A stretch of DNA of 64,000 nt from an uncultured Elusimicrobia bacterium (GTDB lineage Bacteria > Elusimicrobiota > Elusimicrobia > F11), in contig CAYOPN010000004.1 of assembly GCA_964405835.1 (NCBI GenBank), positions 4,082-68,081 of the forward strand. The letters are read 5' to 3'. Below are positions 36,658-47,000 of this stretch, one piece after another. The notes under the pieces are model-generated. The model searched no databases. It was not told where the DNA came from and was given only the letters and a program-made list of their open reading frames with translations. How positions within the stretch are numbered: the stretch's first letter is position 1; every line of letters begins with the position of its first letter. The position numbers and the translations under genes were made by a program.

Positions 36658-36943
36658 TGTCCTTGTAGAGTTTGTGGATCTGGGACTCGAGGACTTTGGA
36701 CGCGGCGTCGATGGCTTCCATCATGGTTTCGGCGGTTTTTTTCACGTCGATGGTCTTGCGGGGGACTTTGGCGATCACGTGACAGACTTCGGACCCTTTG
36801 CGGTGGTGATGGCTGGTTGTTAGAAAGTATTCGATGCGAATGATCCGGTCCTCAAAGCGGTCAAGCTTCGCGAGCCGGTCGTAGATATGGTCCTTCCAAC
36901 GCGCCTGCACCGTTGTCTCATGCCCTCGAATGAAAACCTGCAT
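36605..36943 (-). CDS. hpf: ribosome hibernation promoting factor / RaiA family
   Basis: MQVFIRGHETTVQARWKDHIYDRLAKLDRF...CHVIAKVPRKTIDVKKTAETMMEAIDAASKVLESQIHK matches the S30AE/HPF pattern. Confidence 0.8.
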   Translation of the reverse strand: MQVFIRGHETTVQARWKDHIYDRLAKLDRFEDRIIRIEYFLTTSHHHRKGSEVCHVIAKVPRKTIDVKKTAETMMEAIDAASKVLESQIHKLYKDIKTRNRRSPLKTLRTTS

Positions 36944-36983
36944 CGCATCCTCCTTGGAATTTTTCTAATGTCCGCGGACGATT

Positions 36984-37976
36984 ATGCAAAAAAAACGCGT
37001 CTTTTCCGGCATACAACCTTCCGGCATTGTTCATATCGGCAACTACATCGGCGCTTTGAAGAACTGGGCGCTTATGCAACAGGACCACGATTGCATCTAC
37101 TGTATCGTCGATCTGCACGCGATTACGGTGCCGCAGGATCCGAAAGACCTGCGCGAACGCATTTTGTTGACGACCGCCATCACGCTGGCCTCAGGCATCG
37201 ACCCGGAACAATCCATCCTCTTTGTTCAATCCGACGTTCCCGAACATGCCGAGCTTGCCTGGCTGCTTAATTGCATCGTCTACTACGGCGAGCTCAAACA
37301 AATGACGCAATTTAAAGACAAGTCGACCGTTCGCGGCGAAGGCACGTCGGCCGGCCTGTTCACGTATCCGGTTTTGATGGCGGCGGACATATTGCTTTAT
37401 GGAACACACGCGGTGCCCGTCGGAGACGATCAACGTCAGCATCTCGAGCTCGCGCGCCTTATCGCGCGACGACTCGAAAAAGACGTCGACAAATGGGTCG
37501 TGGTGCCGACCGCGTTCATCGGCAAAGCGGGCGCGCGCGTGATGGGGCTCGACGATCCGGCCGCGAAGATGAGCAAGTCCGCTTCCAGCGAATTCAATTA
37601 CATTTCGCTCGCCGATTCGGCCGACACGATCCGGAAAAAAATCAAGAAAGCCGTCACCGATTCCGGAACGACCATTGAATTTGACGAGGAGAAACGCCCT
37701 GCGATCGCGAACCTGCTCACAATTTACAGTTCGCTGTCGGACCGGCCGATTCCCGACATTGTGCAGCAGTACGTGGGCAAAGGGTACGGCGATTTCAAAA
37801 AAGACCTGGCCGAAGTGGTGGTGGAAGGGTTGGCGCCGATGCAAAAACGCATCCAAGATTTTTCGTCGGACCCAGCACAACTTCAGAAAATTCTCACCGA
37901 AGGGGCGGAAAAGGCATCCGCCATTGCACGTCCCCGAATGGCTGAACTCAAAAAGCTACTTGGGCTTGGGAAATGA
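36984..37976 (+). CDS. trpS: tryptophan--tRNA ligase
   Basis: FSGIQPSGIVHIGNYIGA is the HIGH region, and KMSKS is present. Confidence 0.95.
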   Translation: MQKKRVFSGIQPSGIVHIGNYIGALKNWALMQQDHDCIYCIVDLHAITVPQDPKDLRERILLTTAITLASGIDPEQSILFVQSDVPEHAELAWLLNCIVYYGELKQMTQFKDKSTVRGEGTSAGLFTYPVLMAADILLYGTHAVPVGDDQRQHLELARLIARRLEKDVDKWVVVPTAFIGKAGARVMGLDDPAAKMSKSASSEFNYISLADSADTIRKKIKKAVTDSGTTIEFDEEKRPAIANLLTIYSSLSDRPIPDIVQQYVGKGYGDFKKDLAEVVVEGLAPMQKRIQDFSSDPAQLQKILTEGAEKASAIARPRMAELKKLLGLGK

Positions 37977-37981
37977 TCAAT

Positions 37982-38059
37982 CGTCATCCCGGCGAAAGCC
38001 GGGATCCAGGTCTTAAACATCAGGTAAAGGACTGGGCCCCGGCTTTCGCCGGGGTGACG
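37982..38059. repeat. REP/MITE-like palindromic element, copy D (78-nt form)
   Basis: It fills almost the entire trpS-tldD spacer and has one mismatch to copy C. Confidence 0.9.
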
Positions 38060-38064
38060 AATTA

Positions 38065-39441
38065 ATGAAAGATCAGCTTTCCGATTTGGTCTCTCATCTT
38101 GAGAAGATCGTTCCCTACGCGGCGGCGCTTTATAAGAAGAAATCCGGTACGCGCGTTAACGTCAACCGCGTTCAGGAGAGCGTGGACCCGGAAGATCCGT
38201 CGGAAGGCCTGGTCGTTACTCTATCGAACGGACAAAACTTTTTTGAATACGCCACCAACCGTTGGACTTGGCCCGAACTTAAATCCACGCTGACTGATCT
38301 TGCCAAGGCCTCCCTCAAAGAACTCGATAAGAAATTACCCATCAAACCCGTAGATCCCGGCCAAGCCATCGACCGAGATTTCCAGACCGCATGCAAAGTG
38401 GACCCTTCCACGCGTTCCGCCAAAGAAAAACTCGACCTGGCCCGCGAGCGCATGAAAACCGCGCTCGGCGCAGGACCCAACGTCGCGAACGCGGTGTCCG
38501 TTCTTGGCGACACGACCAGCGAAGACATATTTGTGAACCGGACCAAACGCATGTCGCAGCGCATCACGCGTGTCGACGCCATCCTGGTTGTGTTCGTGGC
38601 CGACGGCGACCGGATGGGGGAAGTGCACAGCGGCGTTTCCAAAAATGGCGGGCTAGAAAAAGCGGTGATTTCCGAGGAGGAAATCAAACGCATGGTGGCC
38701 GATGCCGGTGTGCTGGCAAAAACCGAACGGTTGCAGCCGGGTCTCTACGACGTGGTGACCGATCCAGAATGGTCCGGCATTATCGCGCACGAATGTTTTG
38801 GACATGGCATGGAGACCGATCTGTACGTGCGACAACGCGCGCTCAGCCAAAGCTACATCGGCAAACCGGTAGCGTCACCGGTTGTGAACATGTTCGATGA
38901 TCCGTCATTGATTGATGAGGCCGGCGGCTTTTTCTTTGACGATGAAGGCCAGCCGAGTTCGAGCACGCACATAATCAAAGACGGAATTCTGCAGCGCGGA
39001 CTCACCGACATGGCCTCCGCCGGCGCATTGAAACTGGTCCGCTCCGCCAACGGACGCCGCGAAAGTTTCGCGCGCAAAGCCTACGCGCGCATGACCAATA
39101 CTTTTTTCGAGAATGGGCGGCATTCGCCGCAAGAGATCATTGCCTCCGTTGATAACGGGCTCTATCTGCGTCATGCCACCAATGGGATGGAAGACCCGCA
39201 AGCGTGGGGGATTCAAGTCGAAGGACTTTGGGCGGAGGAAATCAAACAGGGGAAACTGACCGGAAAAGTGTATTCGCCGGTCATCATGACCGGTTTTGTG
39301 CCGGACCTGCTCAAATCAATATCGATGGTAGGCAACGACCGCTGGATTTCTGGGCTCGGCATGTGCGGCAAGGGTCACAAAGAGTGGGTTAAAAACACCA
39401 CGGGTGGCCCGCACCTCAAGATGCGGGCACGGCTGGCATAA
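38065..39441 (+). CDS. tldD: TldD-family metalloprotease
   Basis: It has the HECFGHGME (HExxxH) motif, a conserved C-terminal GxC region (GMCGKG), and a PmbA partner downstream. Confidence 0.85.
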   Translation: MKDQLSDLVSHLEKIVPYAAALYKKKSGTRVNVNRVQESVDPEDPSEGLVVTLSNGQNFFEYATNRWTWPELKSTLTDLAKASLKELDKKLPIKPVDPGQAIDRDFQTACKVDPSTRSAKEKLDLARERMKTALGAGPNVANAVSVLGDTTSEDIFVNRTKRMSQRITRVDAILVVFVADGDRMGEVHSGVSKNGGLEKAVISEEEIKRMVADAGVLAKTERLQPGLYDVVTDPEWSGIIAHECFGHGMETDLYVRQRALSQSYIGKPVASPVVNMFDDPSLIDEAGGFFFDDEGQPSSSTHIIKDGILQRGLTDMASAGALKLVRSANGRRESFARKAYARMTNTFFENGRHSPQEIIASVDNGLYLRHATNGMEDPQAWGIQVEGLWAEEIKQGKLTGKVYSPVIMTGFVPDLLKSISMVGNDRWISGLGMCGKGHKEWVKNTTGGPHLKMRARLA

Positions 39442-39450
39442 GTACCAATC

Positions 39451-39518
39451 CTCAATCATCAAGCATCAAACTCTCAATTAATTTATTGGAATTTGATGCT
39501 TGAGAATTGATGATTGAG
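39451..39518. repeat. AT-rich long imperfect hairpin in the tldD-pmbA spacer
   Basis: ctcaatcatc+aagcatcaaa (39451-39470) pairs with tttgatgctt (39492-39501) and gatgattgag (39509-39518). That gives two 10-bp stems separated by a 7-nt bulge. Confidence 0.5.
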
Positions 39519-39535
39519 AATTAACAAGGACAAGA

Positions 39536-40837
39536 ATGCTAAAGGAAATATCAGAGAAATTAAACTCTGCTCCGCTAAGCGGATGGCAGGTGCGTTGGAC
39601 GCACAAACAATCCCACCAGTCGTTCATCGCGCTCTCGGAATTGGAATGCCGCAGGCTCGTCGACACCGAATCCTGCATCGTTTCGATTTATAAGAAGAAA
39701 CCCTCCGGCGCGCTCGGCATGGCCAGTTTCAAAATTACTCCGGCCAACCTTGATCATTGGGACAAGGAGTTTCAGCAAGCATTGTTTGCGGCCGATCTCG
39801 TAAACAACCAGGCATTCGAATTGGCCGAGCAGCCGAAGTCACTTTCCAACGTTGAAATCAAAGAAAAGGGACTTGGATCCCAAACACTGGCCTCCTGCGA
39901 GGACCGTCTGCGCGACGCCGTTGCGAAAGAAAATGGAATCCGGCTTTCCGCGGCCGAATTTTTCGTCGATCAAATCGAGACCCGGCTTCTAAATCACAAA
40001 GGCCTCGACGTGTCGCAGGAAGAAACATTTTTGCAGACCGAATTCATCTTGCTCGCGCGCGACGGCGACCGCGAAAACGAATACATCAACCGCACCACGC
40101 GCCGCTTCTCACAAGATTTTGACCTGGAGGGAGAGACCTCCCAAAGCGCCCGGTTCGCCCGCGACGCCACGCACGCCGCGCTGCCGAAGACCGGAACATT
40201 CCCAGTCCTCTTATCAGAGGAGCCGCTTGATCAGCTTTTTAACCCGCTCATCGCCCGCTCGAGCGCGCGTCTAAAATACAACAAGATGATGAACGCCGAA
40301 CTCGGCCGCAGCGTGGTCAATGAAGGCGCTGTCAAAGGGGACAAGATCACCATCTGGTCGAACGGCACCGTCGATCGCGCGGTCGGCTCCAACCGCTTCG
40401 ATTCTTATGGGACACCAATGGGTCGCGTAAATCTCATAGAGAAAAACGTGCTCAAAACGTACTTGGCCGATAAACGTTACGCCGATTATCTTTCGGTGCC
40501 CGTCACGGGGGAACTTGGAAATATTGAAGTGGAGGCCGGAAGTGTTCCTTTTAAAACGTTGAGTGACGCGGCCAGCGGGAACGGAAAACCGATTTATCAC
40601 CTGCAGGCCTTCTCCGCGTTTGAACCCAACGCGATCACCGGCGCGTTCAGCGCCGAGATTCGGGCCGGTTATGAAATCAGCAAAGACGGCGTTCGCGCCA
40701 TCAAAGGCGGCTCGGTCTCGGGCGTGCTCCAACGCGACATCCTCAATTCTTGGCTCTCCAAAGAACGAGTCCAACGCGAACGCGCGTTGGTGCCGCAGGG
40801 AATATTATTTTCCAACCTTACCATCGCCGGCGCGTAA
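39536..40837 (+). CDS. pmbA: PmbA/TldE-family protein (TldD partner)
   Basis: TldD/PmbA-fold C-terminal blocks are present (AITGAFSAEIRAGYEI...IKGGSVSG). It lacks the HExxxH, as expected for PmbA. Confidence 0.8.
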   Translation: MLKEISEKLNSAPLSGWQVRWTHKQSHQSFIALSELECRRLVDTESCIVSIYKKKPSGALGMASFKITPANLDHWDKEFQQALFAADLVNNQAFELAEQPKSLSNVEIKEKGLGSQTLASCEDRLRDAVAKENGIRLSAAEFFVDQIETRLLNHKGLDVSQEETFLQTEFILLARDGDRENEYINRTTRRFSQDFDLEGETSQSARFARDATHAALPKTGTFPVLLSEEPLDQLFNPLIARSSARLKYNKMMNAELGRSVVNEGAVKGDKITIWSNGTVDRAVGSNRFDSYGTPMGRVNLIEKNVLKTYLADKRYADYLSVPVTGELGNIEVEAGSVPFKTLSDAASGNGKPIYHLQAFSAFEPNAITGAFSAEIRAGYEISKDGVRAIKGGSVSGVLQRDILNSWLSKERVQRERALVPQGILFSNLTIAGA

Positions 40838-40840
40838 GCC

Positions 40841-42289
40841 ATGCTGTTTAACTCTTACCACTTCCTGATTTTCTTTCCGGTCGTGACCATAGGGTTTTTC
40901 CTGCTCGGTCACCGGTTCCGTTGGGCATGGCTTCTGGCGGCAAGCTGTTATTTCTACGCGGCGTTCATTCCGGTCTATATCCTTATTCTTTTCTTCACGA
41001 TCCTGGTCGATTACGCGGCAGGGATCTTGATAGAAAACAGCCAGGGAAAACGCCGCAAGATGATGCTCGTGTTAAGCCTCATCGCCAACATCGGCGTGCT
41101 GGCGTTTTTCAAGTACTACAACTTCGCGGCCGCCAACATCGACGCGCTGGCCGCCGCCATTGGTTGGAATTATTCCGTGCCACTCCTGGGAATCATCCTG
41201 CCGATCGGACTCTCGTTCCACACGTTCCAATCTATGAGCTACACCATCGAGGTCTACCGCGGAAACCAAAAAGCGGAGCGGCACCTGGGCATCTTCGCGC
41301 TTTACGTGATGTTCTATCCGCAATTGGTGGCCGGGCCCATCGAGCGCCCGCAAAACTTGTTGCATCAATTCCACGAGCCGAAATATTTCGATTACACCCA
41401 GGCCGTTTCCGGATTGCGGCTGATGGCGTGGGGCTTCTTCAAAAAAATCGTGATTGCCGATTCGTTGGCGTATTTTGTGAACATTTTTTACGGCGCGCCG
41501 CGCGACCACGCGGGCCTGCCGCTTTTGGTCGGCACCGTCTTTTTCGCCTATCAAATCTATTGTGACTTCTCGGGATATTCCGACATTGCGCGCGGTTCGG
41601 CGCGCGTAATGGGTTTTCATCTCATGAAAAATTTCGACAGCCCGTACCTCGCGCGCTCGGTGGCGGAATTCTGGTCGCGCTGGCACATCTCACTTTCCAC
41701 CTGGTTCAAAGACTACGTCTATATCCCGCTCGGCGGAAACCGCGTGGCGACGCCGCGTTTGTGTTTCAATTTGATGGTCACGTTTTTGCTGAGCGGCCTC
41801 TGGCATGGCGCTAACTGGACCTACGTGGTGTGGGGGGGATTGAACGGACTCTATCTGCTCAGCGCCGTGCTCACGACCAACTTCCGTCCGCTTGAAAAAT
41901 TTCCGCGCTTCGGCGCCGCGCTCTCCACGCTTTCGGTTTTCTGCCTTATCTCGTTCTCTTGGATTTTCTTCCGCGCAGCGTCTTTGTCCGATGCGCTGTA
42001 TATCATCAACCATCTCTTTAGCGATGCCGGGCAGTGGATCTCACAACTTTCGGACTCATCCTATCTCAAGTCCCACCTCTACATGGGCGAAGGCCGGAAA
42101 TTCCGCGTGGCGCTGATTTCCATTTTTGTGCTTCAACTCATTGAGTACATCAACCGTCGCCGCCCGCTCGCCGTGGAGTTCGCGGCGCGGCCCTTGGTGC
42201 TCCGTTGGGTCGTGTACGTGGTATTGGCGATTGTGGTCCTAAATTCGGGCGCGGTGAGCGAGCTGCCTTTCATTTATTTCCAGTTCTAA
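40841..42289 (+). CDS. MBOAT-family membrane O-acyltransferase (AlgI/DltB-like)
   Basis: Contains WHISLSTWFKDYVYIPLGGNR and the catalytic His block LLSGLWHGANW. Confidence 0.9.
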   Translation: MLFNSYHFLIFFPVVTIGFFLLGHRFRWAWLLAASCYFYAAFIPVYILILFFTILVDYAAGILIENSQGKRRKMMLVLSLIANIGVLAFFKYYNFAAANIDALAAAIGWNYSVPLLGIILPIGLSFHTFQSMSYTIEVYRGNQKAERHLGIFALYVMFYPQLVAGPIERPQNLLHQFHEPKYFDYTQAVSGLRLMAWGFFKKIVIADSLAYFVNIFYGAPRDHAGLPLLVGTVFFAYQIYCDFSGYSDIARGSARVMGFHLMKNFDSPYLARSVAEFWSRWHISLSTWFKDYVYIPLGGNRVATPRLCFNLMVTFLLSGLWHGANWTYVVWGGLNGLYLLSAVLTTNFRPLEKFPRFGAALSTLSVFCLISFSWIFFRAASLSDALYIINHLFSDAGQWISQLSDSSYLKSHLYMGEGRKFRVALISIFVLQLIEYINRRRPLAVEFAARPLVLRWVVYVVLAIVVLNSGAVSELPFIYFQF

Positions 42290-43272
42290 TGAATCCGACG
42301 AAACGCTTTCTCATCAAACTCGCCGTGCTGGCTGCGTTGATTGTGGCAATCCAGGTCTCCATGTACATGTCGAAGGGCGGGGACCGTAAGTTCTTCATGA
42401 TTGAAATCAAGGACTACCATGCGGTCATTGCGAAAAACCCCTCCGTCATTTATTTCATCGACAGCGTGAACACGGCCGTTTCACCGACGGATAAAGACAA
42501 GCGTTCCATTTCCCAGATGCTTGGGGACCTCGTCCCGGCGATCACGGTAGCGCCGCTGGACCACTCGGCCTACAACATGTTCGTGTACCGGAGCTTCCTA
42601 GAAAATATGCCGAAGCGAGGGTTTCACCCGCAAACCGTGATTGTGCATATCAACCTGCGCTCGTTCTCGACCGGTTGGTACAAAAACGCGGGCTGGCAAT
42701 TCTCCAAGTTGCGATTGACCTTGGACCACGATTTCCTTCTGTTCCGCGCGTTTTTTAAGCCGCTCGCAATATTTAAGGCCATCAACCTAAATCCTATTTC
42801 TGAGGAAGAATTCCAAAGCATGCCGGTCATGGACGGCGACCACGCGATCGGGACCATCCGGGACCTCAACGCTCTGTGGAACAACGGTTACCCGGAATCG
42901 ATGTACGCCAAAAAATTCATTCAGCATTACATGTACAGGCTGACGCCCGAGCACGAATACGTGCAATCGATGGCGGCAATGGCGCGTTTCATGAAAAGCC
43001 ACGGGATCCGCGGCATTTTTTATGTATCGCCGGTGGACGTTGAAACCGGAACCGGTTACCTAGGACCGCGCTTTCAGGAAAGAATCCGCGAAAATACGGC
43101 TGTTTTGAAAACGGCGCTGGAACAAGAAGGGACGGAACTGCTCGATTTGTCGGCCGCGGTGCCGAGCAATGGATTTAATTGGCTTTTGGACCGGGACCCG
43201 TGCGAACACGTGAACGAGCGCGGCCGAAAAATCATCGCCGGGGAGCTGGCGAAAACGCTTAATTCCCATTGA
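42289..43272 (+). CDS. membrane-anchored SGNH/DltD/AlgJ-like partner of the MBOAT (putative)
   Basis: A TAATG overlap joins it to the MBOAT gene. It has an N-terminal TM helix, a candidate block I (YFIDSV) and a block V-like DPCEHVNERGRKIIAGEL. Confidence 0.45.
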   Translation: MNPTKRFLIKLAVLAALIVAIQVSMYMSKGGDRKFFMIEIKDYHAVIAKNPSVIYFIDSVNTAVSPTDKDKRSISQMLGDLVPAITVAPLDHSAYNMFVYRSFLENMPKRGFHPQTVIVHINLRSFSTGWYKNAGWQFSKLRLTLDHDFLLFRAFFKPLAIFKAINLNPISEEEFQSMPVMDGDHAIGTIRDLNALWNNGYPESMYAKKFIQHYMYRLTPEHEYVQSMAAMARFMKSHGIRGIFYVSPVDVETGTGYLGPRFQERIRENTAVLKTALEQEGTELLDLSAAVPSNGFNWLLDRDPCEHVNERGRKIIAGELAKTLNSH

Positions 43273-43302
43273 AAACGGGGTAAAAATGGCTAACCTTAGG
43301 CC

Positions 43303-43635
43303 ATGAATTTTTTAAGAGACCTTGTCCGGTGGTTCATCAAAGGCGAGCGCCGCAAAAACACCCCGTCTTCTCAGCACGAAAATAAGGTGCCTGTCCAAAA
43401 GGTGTCCATTGAGCCTGCCGCCATCCCCGAAGTGACCGCTCCCGAAACCAATTACCAATCCCCAACTTTCGATTTTTTAAAAGAAAATTCTTCCGCCGAA
43501 TTCATGGTTGATCTGCAGTCGATCCGCCCATTGGCCGAGCAATTTGACCGGGCGCGTGAAGAACTCCTCAGAGAACTACAGCGTTTGGCCCCTCCGAAAA
43601 AGCGCATAACCGAAATCTTCCGAAAAGCCGCATGA
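43303..43635 (+). CDS. hypothetical protein
   Basis: A 110-aa ORF whose stop overlaps the PilZ gene start. I recognised no family. Confidence 0.35.
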   Translation: MNFLRDLVRWFIKGERRKNTPSSQHENKVPVQKVSIEPAAIPEVTAPETNYQSPTFDFLKENSSAEFMVDLQSIRPLAEQFDRAREELLRELQRLAPPKKRITEIFRKAA

Positions 43636-43994
43636 CCTCCAAAGACCGCCGTAAAGCGGCCCGCTACGAATCCACCCTCGACATACAGATCCGTTTTCTT
43701 CCCGATGGGACACCCATTCAAGGTCAGGGCGTCGAAATAGGGCCCAACGGCATGCGCGTGTTCACCACCATCCCTCTGGTTGAAGCGTCCTATATTCACA
43801 TCTCGTTTCAGGAAGCCTCCAACAACACCCACTGCGAAGGCCGCGTGGTCTGGACCCAGCGCAGCGCCTCTTCCGGGCGTTATGAAAGCGGCATCGATAT
43901 CCAACGCTGGGGGGGAGACGTTCCGGAAACGACCATCATGCAGATATCGCCCACCACCACCGCCAAGAAAGACCGCCGTTCCAAACCCCGCTAA
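43632..43994 (+). CDS. PilZ-domain protein (candidate c-di-GMP receptor)
   Basis: It has an N-terminal RRKAAR (RxxxR) and then a GVEIGPNGMRVFT block in the position of the D/NxSxxG motif. The size (120 aa) fits a stand-alone PilZ. Confidence 0.5.
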   Translation: MTSKDRRKAARYESTLDIQIRFLPDGTPIQGQGVEIGPNGMRVFTTIPLVEASYIHISFQEASNNTHCEGRVVWTQRSASSGRYESGIDIQRWGGDVPETTIMQISPTTTAKKDRRSKPR

Positions 43995-44068
43995 ACCCAC
44001 CATTTGTTACACAATATTTACAAGTAATTAAGACTGACTTAATCCTCCTTCCTTAGAATACCCGGCTT

Positions 44069-47000
44069 ATGAGAATGTCCTTCTCACGTCCGGTTTTTTC
44101 CCACGATACATTCACACTCCGCCGTTCTCTCGCGTTGTGGTTGTCGGTCATTTACTTTATGACCAACGTACTTTATGCGGGGGGGCCTGCCGGCCGCCCG
44201 GCCGCAGCGCCGCTGCTTCCTCCGGTAACGCGCGCGCTACCATCTTCGGGCACGAAAGATCTGTTCCGAAAAAATCCGGTCCAAACTTACGCCAATGTGA
44301 AAATGGCTGCCGCACCCGCGGGGCCGTCCCGAAAATCGGTCACGATCATTCAAGATGTTCACGCCAACGCCGACGCACAAAAGAACATCGCCAACATCAT
44401 CGGTGTCCTCGAAACGCAGACACCGCGAGTGATCGGCATCGAAGGCGCTTCCGGGTTCCTGAATTTCGGGCCCTATCGCCAATTGCCGCGCCAAGAAATC
44501 GTCCACAAAACCGGCGCAAAATATCTCGAGACAGGGAAACTTCTCGGTTCCTCCTACGCCGCATTGACCCACAGCGGCGCTCCTTCGCTGTTGTTTGGAA
44601 TTGAGAATCCCAATTTGTACCGGCGGAACGTGGAGGCGACACTGGAAGCCGATAAGGACCGCCCGGCCACGCTGCAATGGCTGGAACAAATGGGAAAGCG
44701 GAACGCGGCGGACAAGCTCACATCCTACGGTCCCGCGCTGAAAAAAATCGATCACCACATGCGCGCTTTCGCGCGCGGCGAATTGTCGCTCGGTGATTAT
44801 GTCGGACGCTTGATGGAATTCCACGATTTGCCGTCGTCGATGCCGCTATTGACGTTTCACGAGGCGGTCAAAATGGAGAAGCGACTCGACTTCGCCCTCG
44901 TGGAACGGGAACGCGCCGAAGCGCTGGAAATATTGACCCGGAAAATGCGGCCCGAAGAACTCAAAGAATTGGTCGATGCTTCGATGGCCTTTCAAAAAGG
45001 GGAGATTAGTTCCGGCGAATTTTACCGGCATTTGAAAATGCTGCTGACCAAGCATGACGTGATCAATGACAACCGGCGGACCCTTGGAGATTACTTGCAA
45101 TACGTGGCGCTGGCCGAGTCGATCAAAGCCGATGAGCTTCTGAAAGACCTGAACGCTTATGAATCCCAAATCGTAAAGGACCTTGCGACCACGTCCGAAC
45201 AGTCCCGGATCGCAGCGGAATCAAAATGGCTGTCGCTCGCGCGCAAACTCGTGAATTTCGAGCTGACGCAGGATGAGTGGATGGAATACAACGCCCTCAC
45301 CCCAGCCCTCTCCCTGAAGGGAGAGGGAGAACTTGCCTCTTTTGAGGATTTCTATCGGATCGCTGATGCTCGCAACGGCGCCATGGTTGAAAATCTACTT
45401 CGCGCGATGGGCCGGAAGAATTGCGCCGACGGCATTCTCATTGCCGGCGGGTTTCACGCCGATGGCCTTGTAGATCTATTAAATAAGCGTGGCGTGGCTG
45501 TGACAGTGTTGACGCCCAAAATTTCCAAATTGACCCAAGGATCGAAGCCGCTCGAGTATCTCACGATTTTCCAACGCGAAAAAACCCCGTTGAGCCGCCT
45601 GTTCCACGGCCAAAAACTTTTCTTGGGCGCTATCGATGGTCTGGCGCCGGGCGCGATGCTCGTCCCCGCCAAAAATATCGGCGATCAATTCCGTGACGAT
45701 TTAAAAGACGCCCTTCAAGATGCTGGCGTAGACGAGGCCCTGGTTGACCCGGTACTGGACTTTCAAAAAATAAAAGAACGCATTCGGCAGAAGTTTGGGC
45801 CGGAACCGATGGTCACTTCCCGCATCGGTCATCGAGGAAAACAAAAGGACCCGGTTGAACTGGTCGATTCCATCTACAACACGCCGCTTGAACACCCACT
45901 GACTAAAGCGCTTTCCCGGCTCCAGCAATCGAACCCCAAAAATTACGCGACACTTGTCGAAAAAATATCCATCAATGGCACATTGCAAATCTATTGGGCC
46001 AAAAACCTGCCGTCCGCGGCCGGGCTGTTTTCAATGCAAGAAGAGATTGAAGGGAAAATAATCACTCTGACAGGGCTGTTGTTGGACAACGACGCGCGCC
46101 CGGTGCTCGAAGCGGCAGCCAAAGGAAAATCCGCACTTCAAAAAAAGGCGGTGGAGGACCTTCTCTATTTGCTGTTGGTCCATGAAGCCGCCGAACTTGC
46201 CACGCGCGGCGGTGATGAAACCTTGACTCCCAATTTGGTCAACGAATGGAAAGCTACACTTGAAGAAATCCAGCACTACTATATTCCGCCGCTCAAATTC
46301 ATCAAAACAACCATTCAAACCATTCATAGAGGGCCTTTTGAAGCGCTCTTGCGAAAACTGGATCGCGTCGACCGAAAATCAAAACGCTACAGCCGAACGT
46401 TGACGCTTTACAATTTGCTTCGGGAAAGCACTATCGAGGAAATGCCAAAGGTAGTTTGGGATTACCTTATCAAAGAACCGGAATTCGCCGGACTGAAAAG
46501 GTCCGAAAAAATCTTTCCCGAAGCCCCTGCAAAAACCAAAGCGTTACCGAAAACAAAAAAACGGGTCAATCGGAAAAGGAAATTCGAGATCTCGTTTCCG
46601 CTGAAATCAAAAAAACGGACCAATCCGAAAATTCTAACCAGGATCATTTCCTCGCGCCTCGGATACAAGAGTGTGGCGCCGGAAGGCCCAGTGACACCGG
46701 TGGATATGCTGGAGATCGAGGATATTGGAGCGCATATCAAAGTTTCTCTCACACGGCTGAACCGATTCGACCCGGAATTGTACCGCGTTTTTCTTGAGCG
46801 AATCACGTTCAACGGCCATCCGCAAATGTATTGGGCCGACAACCTCCCGTCCGCGGCGGGCGTGTTCTCAATGGAGGATCCGGATAATCCCGAAGGCGCC
46901 CCAATCACTGGTTTCCTGATCGATTCGGCATTGCGGCCTTTCGTTGAGCCAATCGAAGCAGGCAATCGAGATCGCAATTTCGCGCGGATCAACCTCATGT

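Noticed and set aside
43995-44068. A sigma-70-like promoter (TTTACA-N17-TAATCC) upstream of the giant ORF.
   Set aside because: The -10 hexamer is poor, and there is no supporting terminator after the PilZ gene. It is too weak to annotate, and the giant ORF may be co-transcribed with upstream genes.
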